Virus record (IMG/VR): IMGVR_UViG_3300023179_000026
Coordinates: 64,001-128,000 of that record
Strand: one strand, 5' to 3'
DNA: 64,000 bases
Origin: a virus
Both the position numbers and the translations under genes were made by a program. Under the pieces are notes generated by a model. It did no database searches and was not told the origin of the DNA. It was given only the letters and a program-made list of their open reading frames with translations. Positions 9,403-18,780 of the stretch are shown here, piece by piece; the stretch's first letter is position 1, and every line of letters begins with the position of its first letter.

Positions 9403-10636
9403 GTAATAGAGTTATAATTACATCATTACGGTTAGCACTATCGTCTCCATCGCCTGGGACTACGACAACGTTCCAATATGGTTCGCCATTTGATTTTACA
9501 CCATCTTTAAATGTCATCATTTGGTCATAGGTAATAATCGTATTTGGTTTAATACCATATTTTTGGGCAGCACGTTGTTTAAATGTTTCCCACGCTTCAG
9601 CATTTTTCCAACGCAATTTATTATTTGCATCACGTCCCATCAAATCAGTAAACATTTCACGGTCTACAATTTCACTACGTTTGACTTCTTGACCTGTTTG
9701 TTTTTTATAGATATCAACTTTTTTGTATTCACCTGATTTAGCACCCATAGAAAAATTAATTCTAAAGTTTTGTGGACGCTGACTTGTTGCTACATCGCCC
9801 ATTTTAGTATAGGCGTAAAATTGTACGTCAGGAAACTTTCTAGCTACATCATACGCCAAGTTTAAATATTCAGGGCTAAAGAAATCACCCGCATCATGCC
9901 AACGAATAATAACTTGTGTACCCTTTTTCTGATATTTTTCCCTAGCTGATTCAATTTCACTTTCAAGCATTGCTTTCCATCCATCAGGATCATTTAATAG
10001 AAAGTTTAATGACCTAGATCCTGCTTCAGATGGTGGGGCATATTGCACATAACCACCCTTCATAGCATAACATACTTGGACGCATTTACCTGCGCCTGGG
10101 CAGGTGTTGACTACTACAAATTTTTGTCTATCTTCATCAACTGCTAAACCAACTAATGCAGGTAATCCAATGTTAAAAAATATACTACTGCTTCCATCAC
10201 TATGTTGCATTTTTTCATTTTGTTTAAGCAACTTTTTAGGACGTTGCATAACAGATGCCATTAGTTTTGGTAAATCATATAATTGATTATTTCCATCAAC
10301 AATAGGTACTGTTCCACTATGAATATATGGGCGTATTAACTTATCTTGTTTAAATCGTTTGTAAATGTCATATTCCTCACCTGACATTTTTCCAAGCTGT
10401 TTTTTACTTGGTCTACGATACTTTTTTTGTAATTCAGGACTAAGTTTTCTACGAAGATAATCAGTTAACTCATCTTCAGGATAATCACGGCGTGGCGCAC
10501 CCAAAAATTTTTCAGCTTCATCTAATTCTTGTTCATCTTGAACAAACTGTTGCAACGACATAATTTGTACTCCTGAGGCTGCGCCTGGGAAATCAGACTT
10601 TAATGCATTTTCAAATAATAGTTCGCTAATTTTCAT
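9392..10636 (-). CDS. Gp88-like protein (Cys-triad, radical-SAM-like) with N-terminal leader
   Basis: TCPGAGKCVQVCYAMKG, IRWHDAGDF and FYAYTK motifs; leader MKISELLFE...ELDE. Confidence 0.7.
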   Translation of the reverse strand: MKISELLFENALKSDFPGAASGVQIMSLQQFVQDEQELDEAEKFLGAPRRDYPEDELTDYLRRKLSPELQKKYRRPSKKQLGKMSGEEYDIYKRFKQDKLIRPYIHSGTVPIVDGNNQLYDLPKLMASVMQRPKKLLKQNEKMQHSDGSSSIFFNIGLPALVGLAVDEDRQKFVVVNTCPGAGKCVQVCYAMKGGYVQYAPPSEAGSRSLNFLLNDPDGWKAMLESEIESAREKYQKKGTQVIIRWHDAGDFFSPEYLNLAYDVARKFPDVQFYAYTKMGDVATSQRPQNFRINFSMGAKSGEYKKVDIYKKQTGQEVKRSEIVDREMFTDLMGRDANNKLRWKNAEAWETFKQRAAQKYGIKPNTIITYDQMMTFKDGVKSNGEPYWNVVVVPGDGDDSANRNDVIITLLLEH

Positions 10637-10655
10637 AGTAAAAATACCTTTACAG

Positions 10656-10661
10656 TATTTA
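10656..10661 (-). promoter_or_regulatory. late promoter motif TAAATA
   Basis: About 20 nt upstream of start 10636; motif recurs before many structural genes. Confidence 0.6.
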
Positions 10662-10668
10662 TTATAAA

Positions 10669-11370
10669 TTAACCAAATCCAAACATACCATAATGTTTGG
10701 ACATAGCATATGGAGCAATGAATACTTTACCCCCAATTTTTCTCCATTCAGTACAAAAATGATAATCTTCAGATAACAAATTTACATCAATACTTGTTTG
10801 AAAAAATGCATATATAGTTCTTCCTGTATATTCATTCCAATTTCCAATATAGGTAGGCGTATGTGAGGCAAGTTTTTGAAAAACTTTTCGTTTAATTAAC
10901 ATATAACCTGTACCTGCATGAAGTACTTCTTTAAGCTTATTAGATTCAATGTCAATTTTTGGACTTTCATGATCTACGGGATTAAAGATATACCATGTAC
11001 TACAAAGAGATAATTTGTCAGTTGGGCAACCATTTTTAACTGCATTTTCTACCCATTCCCAATTAATCATTTTAGACGGGTAAATTCCACATATTAAGTC
11101 AACATTCTCTTGTAACATACGAATAACATCAGGTGGATTAATAATTATATCAGCGTCAAGGAATAATAAATGAGTACAATCGGATACCATAAAATCATTG
11201 ACAAAATTATCTCTTGCACGTGTAATTAACGATTGGTCATACATAAAATGGTATTCAAAATGCCATTTTTTCTTTCTAAATTCTTCAACTAATTTTATAA
11301 CGGAGTCAGCGAATAACCCGTGACATTGACCACCATACATCGGTGTGGCTAGAAAAACTCTTGGTTTCAT
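10669..11370 (-). CDS. GT-A-like glycosyltransferase-family protein (paralog 1)
   Basis: LATPMYGG, SLITRARD, HLLFLDAD (DxD), GTGYMLIKR, LSEDYHFC. Confidence 0.65.
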   Translation of the reverse strand: MKPRVFLATPMYGGQCHGLFADSVIKLVEEFRKKKWHFEYHFMYDQSLITRARDNFVNDFMVSDCTHLLFLDADIIINPPDVIRMLQENVDLICGIYPSKMINWEWVENAVKNGCPTDKLSLCSTWYIFNPVDHESPKIDIESNKLKEVLHAGTGYMLIKRKVFQKLASHTPTYIGNWNEYTGRTIYAFFQTSIDVNLLSEDYHFCTEWRKIGGKVFIAPYAMSKHYGMFGFG

Positions 11371-11426
11371 TATTACTCCACGTAAGTATGCTTATTTACG
11401 TGATTCAAAATTATAATTAAATTTTG

Positions 11427-13730
11427 TTAGGATGAGCCAAAAAACTTATTCATCAAAGCTTTTTGTTTTTTAGGTTTTGCTCCAAGTACAGGACTAATAT
11501 TAGCTACCTTGTCAGTGCCACTTAAATATTTTGGGTTACGTTTGTCCTCTTTAGTATAACGTGGGTCTTTAGGATCATACTCAGTACCAAACGCACTCTT
11601 AACTTGTGACGAATTGAATATGATATAAGACATATCTATATAGTCAGCTTGTTTTTGCAAATACTGATGCGCTTCTTGCTCAGCTTCTTCAGGTGTATCA
11701 CCTTCACCAATAGGTAAAGTAGGCATAACATTATCAGGTAAATATGCTACGTACTTTGATCCTTCTTTTTTAATCGTAAAATTAATGCGCTCATCAGGTC
11801 GCAATGTTCGCTTACCTTCATTAGTATTACGATATTGTATACCATCATATCCCGCATCAAACAATGAACGTGCTAATTCAGCATAGATTGTTGCTTTACA
11901 ATCATCCCAATCCATGTCACGATCTCTACGAATTGCATCAAGTTCGTTATATTCTTTTTGGTTAATAATCTTTTTCTTAAATAAAAAATTCATAACTTGA
12001 CGTAAATGTTCTTCATCAGGACCAAATATGTCAGGCATCGTAAATGGGTTAGTAATCTTTAAATAAACAGGAATTACACGTGCTCCACTATATTTGGCAA
12101 ACTCATTAGCTGCTTCACGATTGCCAAAATGTATACCAAAATCACGATATAAATTTTTAAACGTTGAAAAATCATTAGATGTACCATGATATACAATCAT
12201 AGGAGCACCATTGGTATCAACTACTTTACTATTGCCAAACCACGCTCTTAAATTTTCCTCACGACCTTCTTCTAGTTCTTTTAGAAAACTCATTGACTCT
12301 TTGTTAATATTAGGATTAGTTGGGTTAAATTCACCTGTATTAAATACTGATTTAATTTGTGTATTATCAAATGCAACAATCTCTCTAATATCACCTATCT
12401 TAGCCCTACCCTGAAATATTATGCCATCATATCCTTCACTTTGTAATTGTTTCTTATATTGTATTGCTTTACTCATAGGCCATTTGTTCTCAATTTCATC
12501 AATCAATGATAACGGTTCAACTTTTGGCTTTTGTATGGACAAATATACAGGCATGATAACAGCATCGTCTTTGTCAAAACCACGTCCTGCATAACGTTCA
12601 GCATAAGATGGGTCATCCGTAAAAAAATGCCCTAGATGTTTTTGTGCCGTGTTAAATTTGGGATAGTTTTTTAATTTTCTGCCTTTCTGAAACACACTGA
12701 AGTCTCTATCAGTACCATGATAAACTCGTAATGGCTTACCACTTGCATCTACAATTTTACTATTTTTAAACCAATTTTTAAAATTTTCTTCAGATTTTAT
12801 ATCAATATTTGTTGCACTTTTAAGTTTAAGTTTAGGTTTTTTCTCTGCAGGTCTAGGTGTGTCAAAATCCACATCAATAACGTCAACTTTTTCTTCTTTA
12901 GTAATATCAGGTTCATCCCTACCAAATGTACCAACATTATATATAGACTTGATTTGATATTGTTCAAATGGGCGATAAGTTAAAATAATGGGTGTACCCT
13001 CAGCACCAAGTTCTAACTCTTTTCCATCACGTGGTTCATATTTCTGTGCACCTGCTTCAAAAACATCTTTTAAAATGACCCCATCATATCCCATACCTTG
13101 TAGGTAACTTACAATATCTTCACTATCTGCAATAGTATATGTATCTATAACCGTATTGTCTAGTGCATCCTCAATCGAACTAATATCGTCTGCTTCACCC
13201 CATGTGTCAATTTGATCGGAAAGGTCACGAAATCCTTTTATTCTAAAACCATCATCATCATAAGCATTAATTTCAAATCTTGCGCCTGTTTTGTATATGA
13301 TTTCATCTAAATCATATATCATATAGGACACATCTCTCCAACCTAGTTTTTTACGTCCACCATCAGGTACATTTAGATCGCTAGGCACCGTATTAATAAA
13401 ATCTATTAATGATATTGTTTCGTTATAACGGGTAAGGTCTAATGGTTTAACAATACGTAAATATGCTGCGATTACAGTAGAACCACTACCATATTGTCTT
13501 GTATCTAAATGTCTAGCATATACACTAGCTGCTGCAGGGTCATTCGTAAATGATGGTACTGCACGACCTTGTGTTAATTTAAATTCTGTGGCAGTAGGTC
13601 GCTTACGTGTACCACGATATACAACAAGTGGGTTGCCATTACTATCAACCACTTTACTATTACCAAACCAACTACGAAATGCTTTTGTCTCTCTAGCCTT
13701 TTGGTACTCTAATAACTGCCCAATTTTCAT
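11427..13730 (-). CDS. protein with three tandem ADP-ribosyltransferase-like (ART-PolyVal-type) domains
   Basis: Three repeats of WF(G/K)NSK(V/I)VD..G.P..VY(R/H)GT ... V.(A/P).YL.I.. ... GYDG(V/I).. ... Q(I/V)KS. Confidence 0.82.
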   Translation of the reverse strand: MKIGQLLEYQKARETKAFRSWFGNSKVVDSNGNPLVVYRGTRKRPTATEFKLTQGRAVPSFTNDPAAASVYARHLDTRQYGSGSTVIAAYLRIVKPLDLTRYNETISLIDFINTVPSDLNVPDGGRKKLGWRDVSYMIYDLDEIIYKTGARFEINAYDDDGFRIKGFRDLSDQIDTWGEADDISSIEDALDNTVIDTYTIADSEDIVSYLQGMGYDGVILKDVFEAGAQKYEPRDGKELELGAEGTPIILTYRPFEQYQIKSIYNVGTFGRDEPDITKEEKVDVIDVDFDTPRPAEKKPKLKLKSATNIDIKSEENFKNWFKNSKIVDASGKPLRVYHGTDRDFSVFQKGRKLKNYPKFNTAQKHLGHFFTDDPSYAERYAGRGFDKDDAVIMPVYLSIQKPKVEPLSLIDEIENKWPMSKAIQYKKQLQSEGYDGIIFQGRAKIGDIREIVAFDNTQIKSVFNTGEFNPTNPNINKESMSFLKELEEGREENLRAWFGNSKVVDTNGAPMIVYHGTSNDFSTFKNLYRDFGIHFGNREAANEFAKYSGARVIPVYLKITNPFTMPDIFGPDEEHLRQVMNFLFKKKIINQKEYNELDAIRRDRDMDWDDCKATIYAELARSLFDAGYDGIQYRNTNEGKRTLRPDERINFTIKKEGSKYVAYLPDNVMPTLPIGEGDTPEEAEQEAHQYLQKQADYIDMSYIIFNSSQVKSAFGTEYDPKDPRYTKEDKRNPKYLSGTDKVANISPVLGAKPKKQKALMNKFFGSS

Positions 13731-14167
13731 CCACGGTCTTTTTTCAATATGCTACGTAGCATCCATGAATGTTTTGCGTGACTATCAATACGTCCTGCTA
13801 TAAAATCAGCAATACCTTGCTCATCTTCTGCTTCACATTGATGGAATGTTTCTTTTAATAATACAATAATTTTTTGATTATCTTCGTACAATTCTGCCAT
13901 CATTAACTCAGCACGTGGGATTTGTTGTTGCTCATCAATAATACTTAACTCTTGATACCTTGTCATTGAGCCAGGCGCATATGAGTCTAACTGACGAATT
14001 ATTTCAGCTAATTGATCAATACTACCATATACTTCATTATATAAGTCACCTAAAAATGCGTGATACTGTGGAAAGTTTGGTCCTTCTACGTTCCAATGAA
14101 ACCCTGCTGCCTTAATATAAAAAGCAAATGATGTTCCTAACACTTGCTTTAACTTATCTTTTAACAT
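13727..14167 (-). CDS. dps: Dps / ferritin-like DNA protection protein
   Basis: FHWNVEGPNF.QYH.FL.DLY...IDQLAE and ...KHSWML ferroxidase-family motifs. Confidence 0.92.
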   Translation of the reverse strand: MLKDKLKQVLGTSFAFYIKAAGFHWNVEGPNFPQYHAFLGDLYNEVYGSIDQLAEIIRQLDSYAPGSMTRYQELSIIDEQQQIPRAELMMAELYEDNQKIIVLLKETFHQCEAEDEQGIADFIAGRIDSHAKHSWMLRSILKKDRG

Positions 14168-16217
14168 TATTTTTACCTTCTAGCATATTTTTTTGTGCTT
14201 CATGACCTTCCATATACTCTGCTACATCTTTAATAAGTTCATCAGCACGTGTGATATGGTCTGAGACCCAACCTGGCAAGCCTTGTCCTTCACTTCTACC
14301 TTTAATTATCTTAGCAAGTGACATTGCATTTTTAATGGTAGATAATAAACTATTTACTGCCATTGATACTTCATGGTCAGGTTCCATGCGCTTAGCTTTA
14401 ACTACATCACCACGCATACGCATCTTACCAGGCATTACTATGAGGTCTTGTTCATTTAATCCTTCTTCATCAGAATATTGTGCATCACGTAATGCATCTT
14501 CAAAAATTTCATCTAATCCATAAATTGCACTTTCTAATTCATGCTTAGCTTCATAAACACGGCTATTATGATAATTAAAATCATCCATGTCTAAGTTATA
14601 AGTTTTTATTAGTTCTTCAATTTCTACCATAATTTCATTTACGGTATTATCGTATGCAATTCCTTTAGTAATTTTTCTAGCTTGCATTAAGGCACGTTCT
14701 AAATCATCTGCACGACCTTCGTTAATACTTTCGTTCTTAGATTTGTTACCCCAATTTTTTGCACCTGCTTTACGACATTTAACTAAAGCACCACTAGCAT
14801 ATGCACTAGGCCAAATTTTATAACGACTTTTTACCTTATGGTAGCATGCATCTTTTTTACCTTCAGTAAATAATGCTTCACTGACCATTTCACCATTACA
14901 TTGTGGGCAAATACCTTCTTTGACATAATATTCAAGACTTTCATTCTTAGTCTTGTTGCTTACCATATCAGCTTTACCTTGACGTTGCGGGTTTGGATCT
15001 TCACGGCGTTTTTTACGTACTGCTGCTGCAATAGCTTTTTTACCACCACTAGCACGTAATGATGCTGCCTTTTCTTTACTTAAGCATTTTGGTTTACCTT
15101 CACCTGCTTTACGTTCGCCACACTTACCAATACGCTCACCTTTAGTATTGTAACGATCCCATCCACCGCCACCTGCGCCACCTTCACCACCTTTGCCAAA
15201 CCATGCACGTAAATCTTCGCTTAATTGTTCAGCAATTTCACCTTCACTAAATTCTTTGCCAACAAGTTTATTACCTGTAACACCTTGAATAAGTGCCCAT
15301 GCACGTTGGAATTCTTTTTCTTTAATTAATTGGTTTAGTATTTCTTTTTGACGTGGATCTGCCATTTTAAAGAATTTAACCATTTCCATTGCACCGATAT
15401 TACCTTCATAACCTAGTTCCATCAATGCTTCTTCATTAGTATGAGATTGGTATTCATCATAATCCATATACATATCGGTATCACGATCATAATACTTACC
15501 TTCTTTAGGATCGTAATAAACAATCTTACCTGATTTTAAACGAAATGGTCCTTCTAACCCTTGGTCTGACATATCTGTATAACGTTCTTTATCAATTGGA
15601 GTTGATATTTTCCAACTTTCCTCTACATTTTGCTCTTTGTTGAAAAATGATACTTTTGGCAAACGGTTAAGTGCCCTAGAGAACCCGACAACAGATTGGT
15701 TGCGTTTTTCTGCAGGGCGTTTAGTTGGGTTCATGTCGTGCTTTTGTGCGTCTGCGGCAACTGCTTTGGCGTAACGTAAAACAGTAGCAGGTGACAGTTC
15801 ATTTATTTGGTTATCGCCTTCCCCCACACCTTCTTTCCTAATACCAAGTGTACCCGCAGGATTACCTCCACCAAACATACTAGCAAATGCATCGCTTGCT
15901 TGTTGTTTAGTATCTGCTTTTTGTTGTTTTTTTACTTCTTTCTTACTCGTAACCTTTTTAAGCATTGTTTTAAACTTATCATCATCTGTTGTTGGAGTAG
16001 TAGCTTCTGCCACAGTCTTTTTCTTTTTGCTACCTGCCCAATTACCCCACTCTGAAACACCACGCTCTACACTATTCATGTATTTTTTACCACTATCTGC
16101 AGTCTCATCCGTTTTTTCACGTTTGACTGTTTCTTTGAATAATGGTGTGGCAACAGTAGCAACTGAACCTGCTGTCATTTCATTAATTTTATCTAAGGTT
16201 TTACGAATATCTGACAT
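14154..16217 (-). CDS. modular 687-aa polyprotein, putative internal head/cargo protein
   Basis: Short unrelated modules separated by (I/L/V/F)-x-E sites; late TAAATA motif at 16240-16245. Confidence 0.65.
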   Translation of the reverse strand: MSDIRKTLDKINEMTAGSVATVATPLFKETVKREKTDETADSGKKYMNSVERGVSEWGNWAGSKKKKTVAEATTPTTDDDKFKTMLKKVTSKKEVKKQQKADTKQQASDAFASMFGGGNPAGTLGIRKEGVGEGDNQINELSPATVLRYAKAVAADAQKHDMNPTKRPAEKRNQSVVGFSRALNRLPKVSFFNKEQNVEESWKISTPIDKERYTDMSDQGLEGPFRLKSGKIVYYDPKEGKYYDRDTDMYMDYDEYQSHTNEEALMELGYEGNIGAMEMVKFFKMADPRQKEILNQLIKEKEFQRAWALIQGVTGNKLVGKEFSEGEIAEQLSEDLRAWFGKGGEGGAGGGGWDRYNTKGERIGKCGERKAGEGKPKCLSKEKAASLRASGGKKAIAAAVRKKRREDPNPQRQGKADMVSNKTKNESLEYYVKEGICPQCNGEMVSEALFTEGKKDACYHKVKSRYKIWPSAYASGALVKCRKAGAKNWGNKSKNESINEGRADDLERALMQARKITKGIAYDNTVNEIMVEIEELIKTYNLDMDDFNYHNSRVYEAKHELESAIYGLDEIFEDALRDAQYSDEEGLNEQDLIVMPGKMRMRGDVVKAKRMEPDHEVSMAVNSLLSTIKNAMSLAKIIKGRSEGQGLPGWVSDHITRADELIKDVAEYMEGHEAQKNMLEGKNNVKR

Positions 16218-16261
16218 GATGGAATTCCATAATATCTAGTATTTATTCGCTATGAATTAAT

Positions 16262-17671
16262 TTAGAACTTACCTGATGGCTTTGCTATAGGTGGTATACC
16301 ACTACGTTTAATCTTACCTAAACCTAATTTTATAGCATTTTGTCTAATACTATCAGGTTTTATATCAACGGTTAATGCTGTTTTAAAACGTGGGTCATCT
16401 TTTTCTGTTTCACTAGGGATATATCCTGAAGCCTCATTAACATTAAATGTAGGATCCACTTTTTGACGTTTCATTCCTTTAGGTTGGTTAGGATCAATCG
16501 GGTCAATATCAGTAGTGGTTAAACCTGTTGCCTCTAAATCTTTTATATACTTGTGCTCCGTATCTTCATCACCAAATGACAATATGGTGCTAGGTGGTCC
16601 TTTTCCAAAATCATGCTTACCTAAACCTTTCATATTACTAATATGTTGTCCTAACTTATACCAATCATATACATCACTTACATCTACCCTAACCGTACCT
16701 TTTGGCATTGTGGGTTTAAACTCAGGACCAGGTGGCACTCCATTAGGGTCATAATCATCACGTAATTTACTATAATGTTTTCTATTTTTAGCCAAGTTTT
16801 TATATGCCATTTCAGTAGCTAAACTACGCACACTAGTATTTGCCATTTCAAACTTAATACCACGCTTTAGTTCACTAATGATATCATTTCTACTACAACC
16901 ATGCATCTTTGCTAATTCACTAATGCTATATATAGGTTGTTCAACATTTTTACCAACCTTTTGCTCCATACTCATTTTTTCACTATGTATTTCATTATAA
17001 GTATCACGCAAACGATGCAATAAACCACTTGTACGGAATGCTTTAAATGCTATATTTTCAGGTGAAAACTCACCTTGCAAATCCAACCCTGCTTTTCTAT
17101 ATTTTCTAATTGTATCTAGTAAGTCTTGAATTTTGTCCATATCTCTAGCTTGTAATGCTAGTTCAGCTACTTGTGCTAATTTTTCAAACTTTAACTTACT
17201 TGCAGGTTCATTAATATCAGCAACTCGTTTAGTTGGAAATTTTATCCAACGATCTTTTAATACGCTGTATTCACCACGACTGACAACAGGGTCAGCAGTA
17301 TCTTGTACGTAAAGTTCTACTTCATACCCACCAATAGTAATATCATGCTGCATGTTCCACAATATTTTCTTAGCATGAAAAAGTTCAGAATAAATCTCAA
17401 TGTTTTTTAACTTATCTATATCAACAAGTATATGTAAATCTATATCGCTATGTGATGTATAGGTATATGAAGCATTACTACCACTTAGTGTAATATCTTT
17501 TACATCTATATTATTCACACCGAGATGTTCCATAAAATCATCTGCAATTTCTAATAATCGGTCACGCACAGCAGGAATCATGTGTTCATCCCTAAAAATA
17601 GCAGGATTTAATTCATCATGAAATTGCACTGCATTTGTTAATTTGAAATTTTCAAGTTCTTTTAAGTTCAT
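16262..17671 (-). CDS. Pol-beta-superfamily nucleotidyltransferase fused to a DUF5661-like module and further C-terminal modules
   Basis: ITLSGSNASYTYTSHSDIDLHILVD (GS...DxD) and third acid in EVELYVQD; ELKRGIKFEM...HYSKL module; start refined to ATG 17671. Confidence 0.75.
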   Translation of the reverse strand: MNLKELENFKLTNAVQFHDELNPAIFRDEHMIPAVRDRLLEIADDFMEHLGVNNIDVKDITLSGSNASYTYTSHSDIDLHILVDIDKLKNIEIYSELFHAKKILWNMQHDITIGGYEVELYVQDTADPVVSRGEYSVLKDRWIKFPTKRVADINEPASKLKFEKLAQVAELALQARDMDKIQDLLDTIRKYRKAGLDLQGEFSPENIAFKAFRTSGLLHRLRDTYNEIHSEKMSMEQKVGKNVEQPIYSISELAKMHGCSRNDIISELKRGIKFEMANTSVRSLATEMAYKNLAKNRKHYSKLRDDYDPNGVPPGPEFKPTMPKGTVRVDVSDVYDWYKLGQHISNMKGLGKHDFGKGPPSTILSFGDEDTEHKYIKDLEATGLTTTDIDPIDPNQPKGMKRQKVDPTFNVNEASGYIPSETEKDDPRFKTALTVDIKPDSIRQNAIKLGLGKIKRSGIPPIAKPSGKF

Positions 17672-17684
17672 AGATATATTTAGC

Positions 17685-17718
17685 AAAAAAACCGTGAGGA
17701 ATTTCTTCCATCACGGTT
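17685..17718 (-). terminator. intrinsic terminator
   Basis: AACCGTGA...TCACGGTT stem followed by a T-run on minus strand, downstream of gene 17739-18728. Confidence 0.75.
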
Positions 17719-17738
17719 ATAAGTACAACAATTAAAAA

Positions 17739-18728
17739 TTAAGCTTTTTCGGGTTCTTTGCTGCTAGGATCAATAGCTGCATGTGTATCTAATGCAGGGT
17801 TGACCGTAGTTGGTTTATAGGGAACTTCTTTTACTGAAGAATCTATAATAGTTACTTTACCATTTTGTTCCATAGCACCAACAAAAGCAGGTCCGATATG
17901 ATTAAACAAGTATTCTTGATTTTCCATGCAAAACACATATGAACCACTATGACGTAGCAATACTCGTTTATCAACCCAAATACGTCCACCTAAGTCACGC
18001 CAATTTTCACACATTGTCCAATCTTCACTATAATAACGATTTTGACGAACCGCAGTATCAAAAAATGTAGCTAAATGTTGGTCATAAACAGGATCTAAAC
18101 CAATATCATTTTTGTAAGGTTTTACAGCAGGATGCTTTTTAAGTTTTTCAAACACATGACGTTTTGTTAATAGAAAACCTGTACCTGCTTTACTTACTTC
18201 TTGTAGCCCATCAGCACCTTCTTCCGCACCTTCAAAACCATTAACCACCCATTTAATGGGCATAGTTTTCATAGGGTATAAACCACCAATCACGTCTACA
18301 TTACGATTTAACAATACTAGTAAGTGCCATGGTTCCCAACCAATATCAGCATCAACAAAAAACAAATGTGTAGAATCTTTTTGATGTAAAAATTTAGCAG
18401 TTAATGTGTTACGTGCTCTGCTGATAAGTGATTCATTAACCATGGTTTCTAATGTCCAATCCACCCCAAGCTGACGTGCGGTATTGGCAAACTTGATAAA
18501 TGACATAAAGGTAGATTCAGTCAACATACCGCCATAGCATGGCATTGCCACGTGCGCTTTTGTAGTACGCAAGAAATCTACGTTTACTTGTACTTGTCCT
18601 TGTTGTGGGGCTGCGGCTTTTTTAGCCTCTTCTTCGGAAACTGTACCACCAATGCTTGCAGCTTGTGATGCTTTATCAGCAAGCTCTTGTACAGCTTCTA
18701 CGGGAATTTTTGCTTGTTCTGTTGTCAT
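17739..18728 (-). CDS. GT-A-like glycosyltransferase-family protein (paralog 2)
   Basis: VAMPCYGG, NESLISRARN, HLFFVDAD, GTGFLL, YSEDW; start refined to 18728 behind GAGGA; TAAATA at 18754-18759. Confidence 0.65.
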   Translation of the reverse strand: MTTEQAKIPVEAVQELADKASQAASIGGTVSEEEAKKAAAPQQGQVQVNVDFLRTTKAHVAMPCYGGMLTESTFMSFIKFANTARQLGVDWTLETMVNESLISRARNTLTAKFLHQKDSTHLFFVDADIGWEPWHLLVLLNRNVDVIGGLYPMKTMPIKWVVNGFEGAEEGADGLQEVSKAGTGFLLTKRHVFEKLKKHPAVKPYKNDIGLDPVYDQHLATFFDTAVRQNRYYSEDWTMCENWRDLGGRIWVDKRVLLRHSGSYVFCMENQEYLFNHIGPAFVGAMEQNGKVTIIDSSVKEVPYKPTTVNPALDTHAAIDPSSKEPEKA

Positions 18729-18780
18729 ATTGATCCTCAAAAATATGTAAGGATATTTACACAGAAAAAATGAGGTGAAA

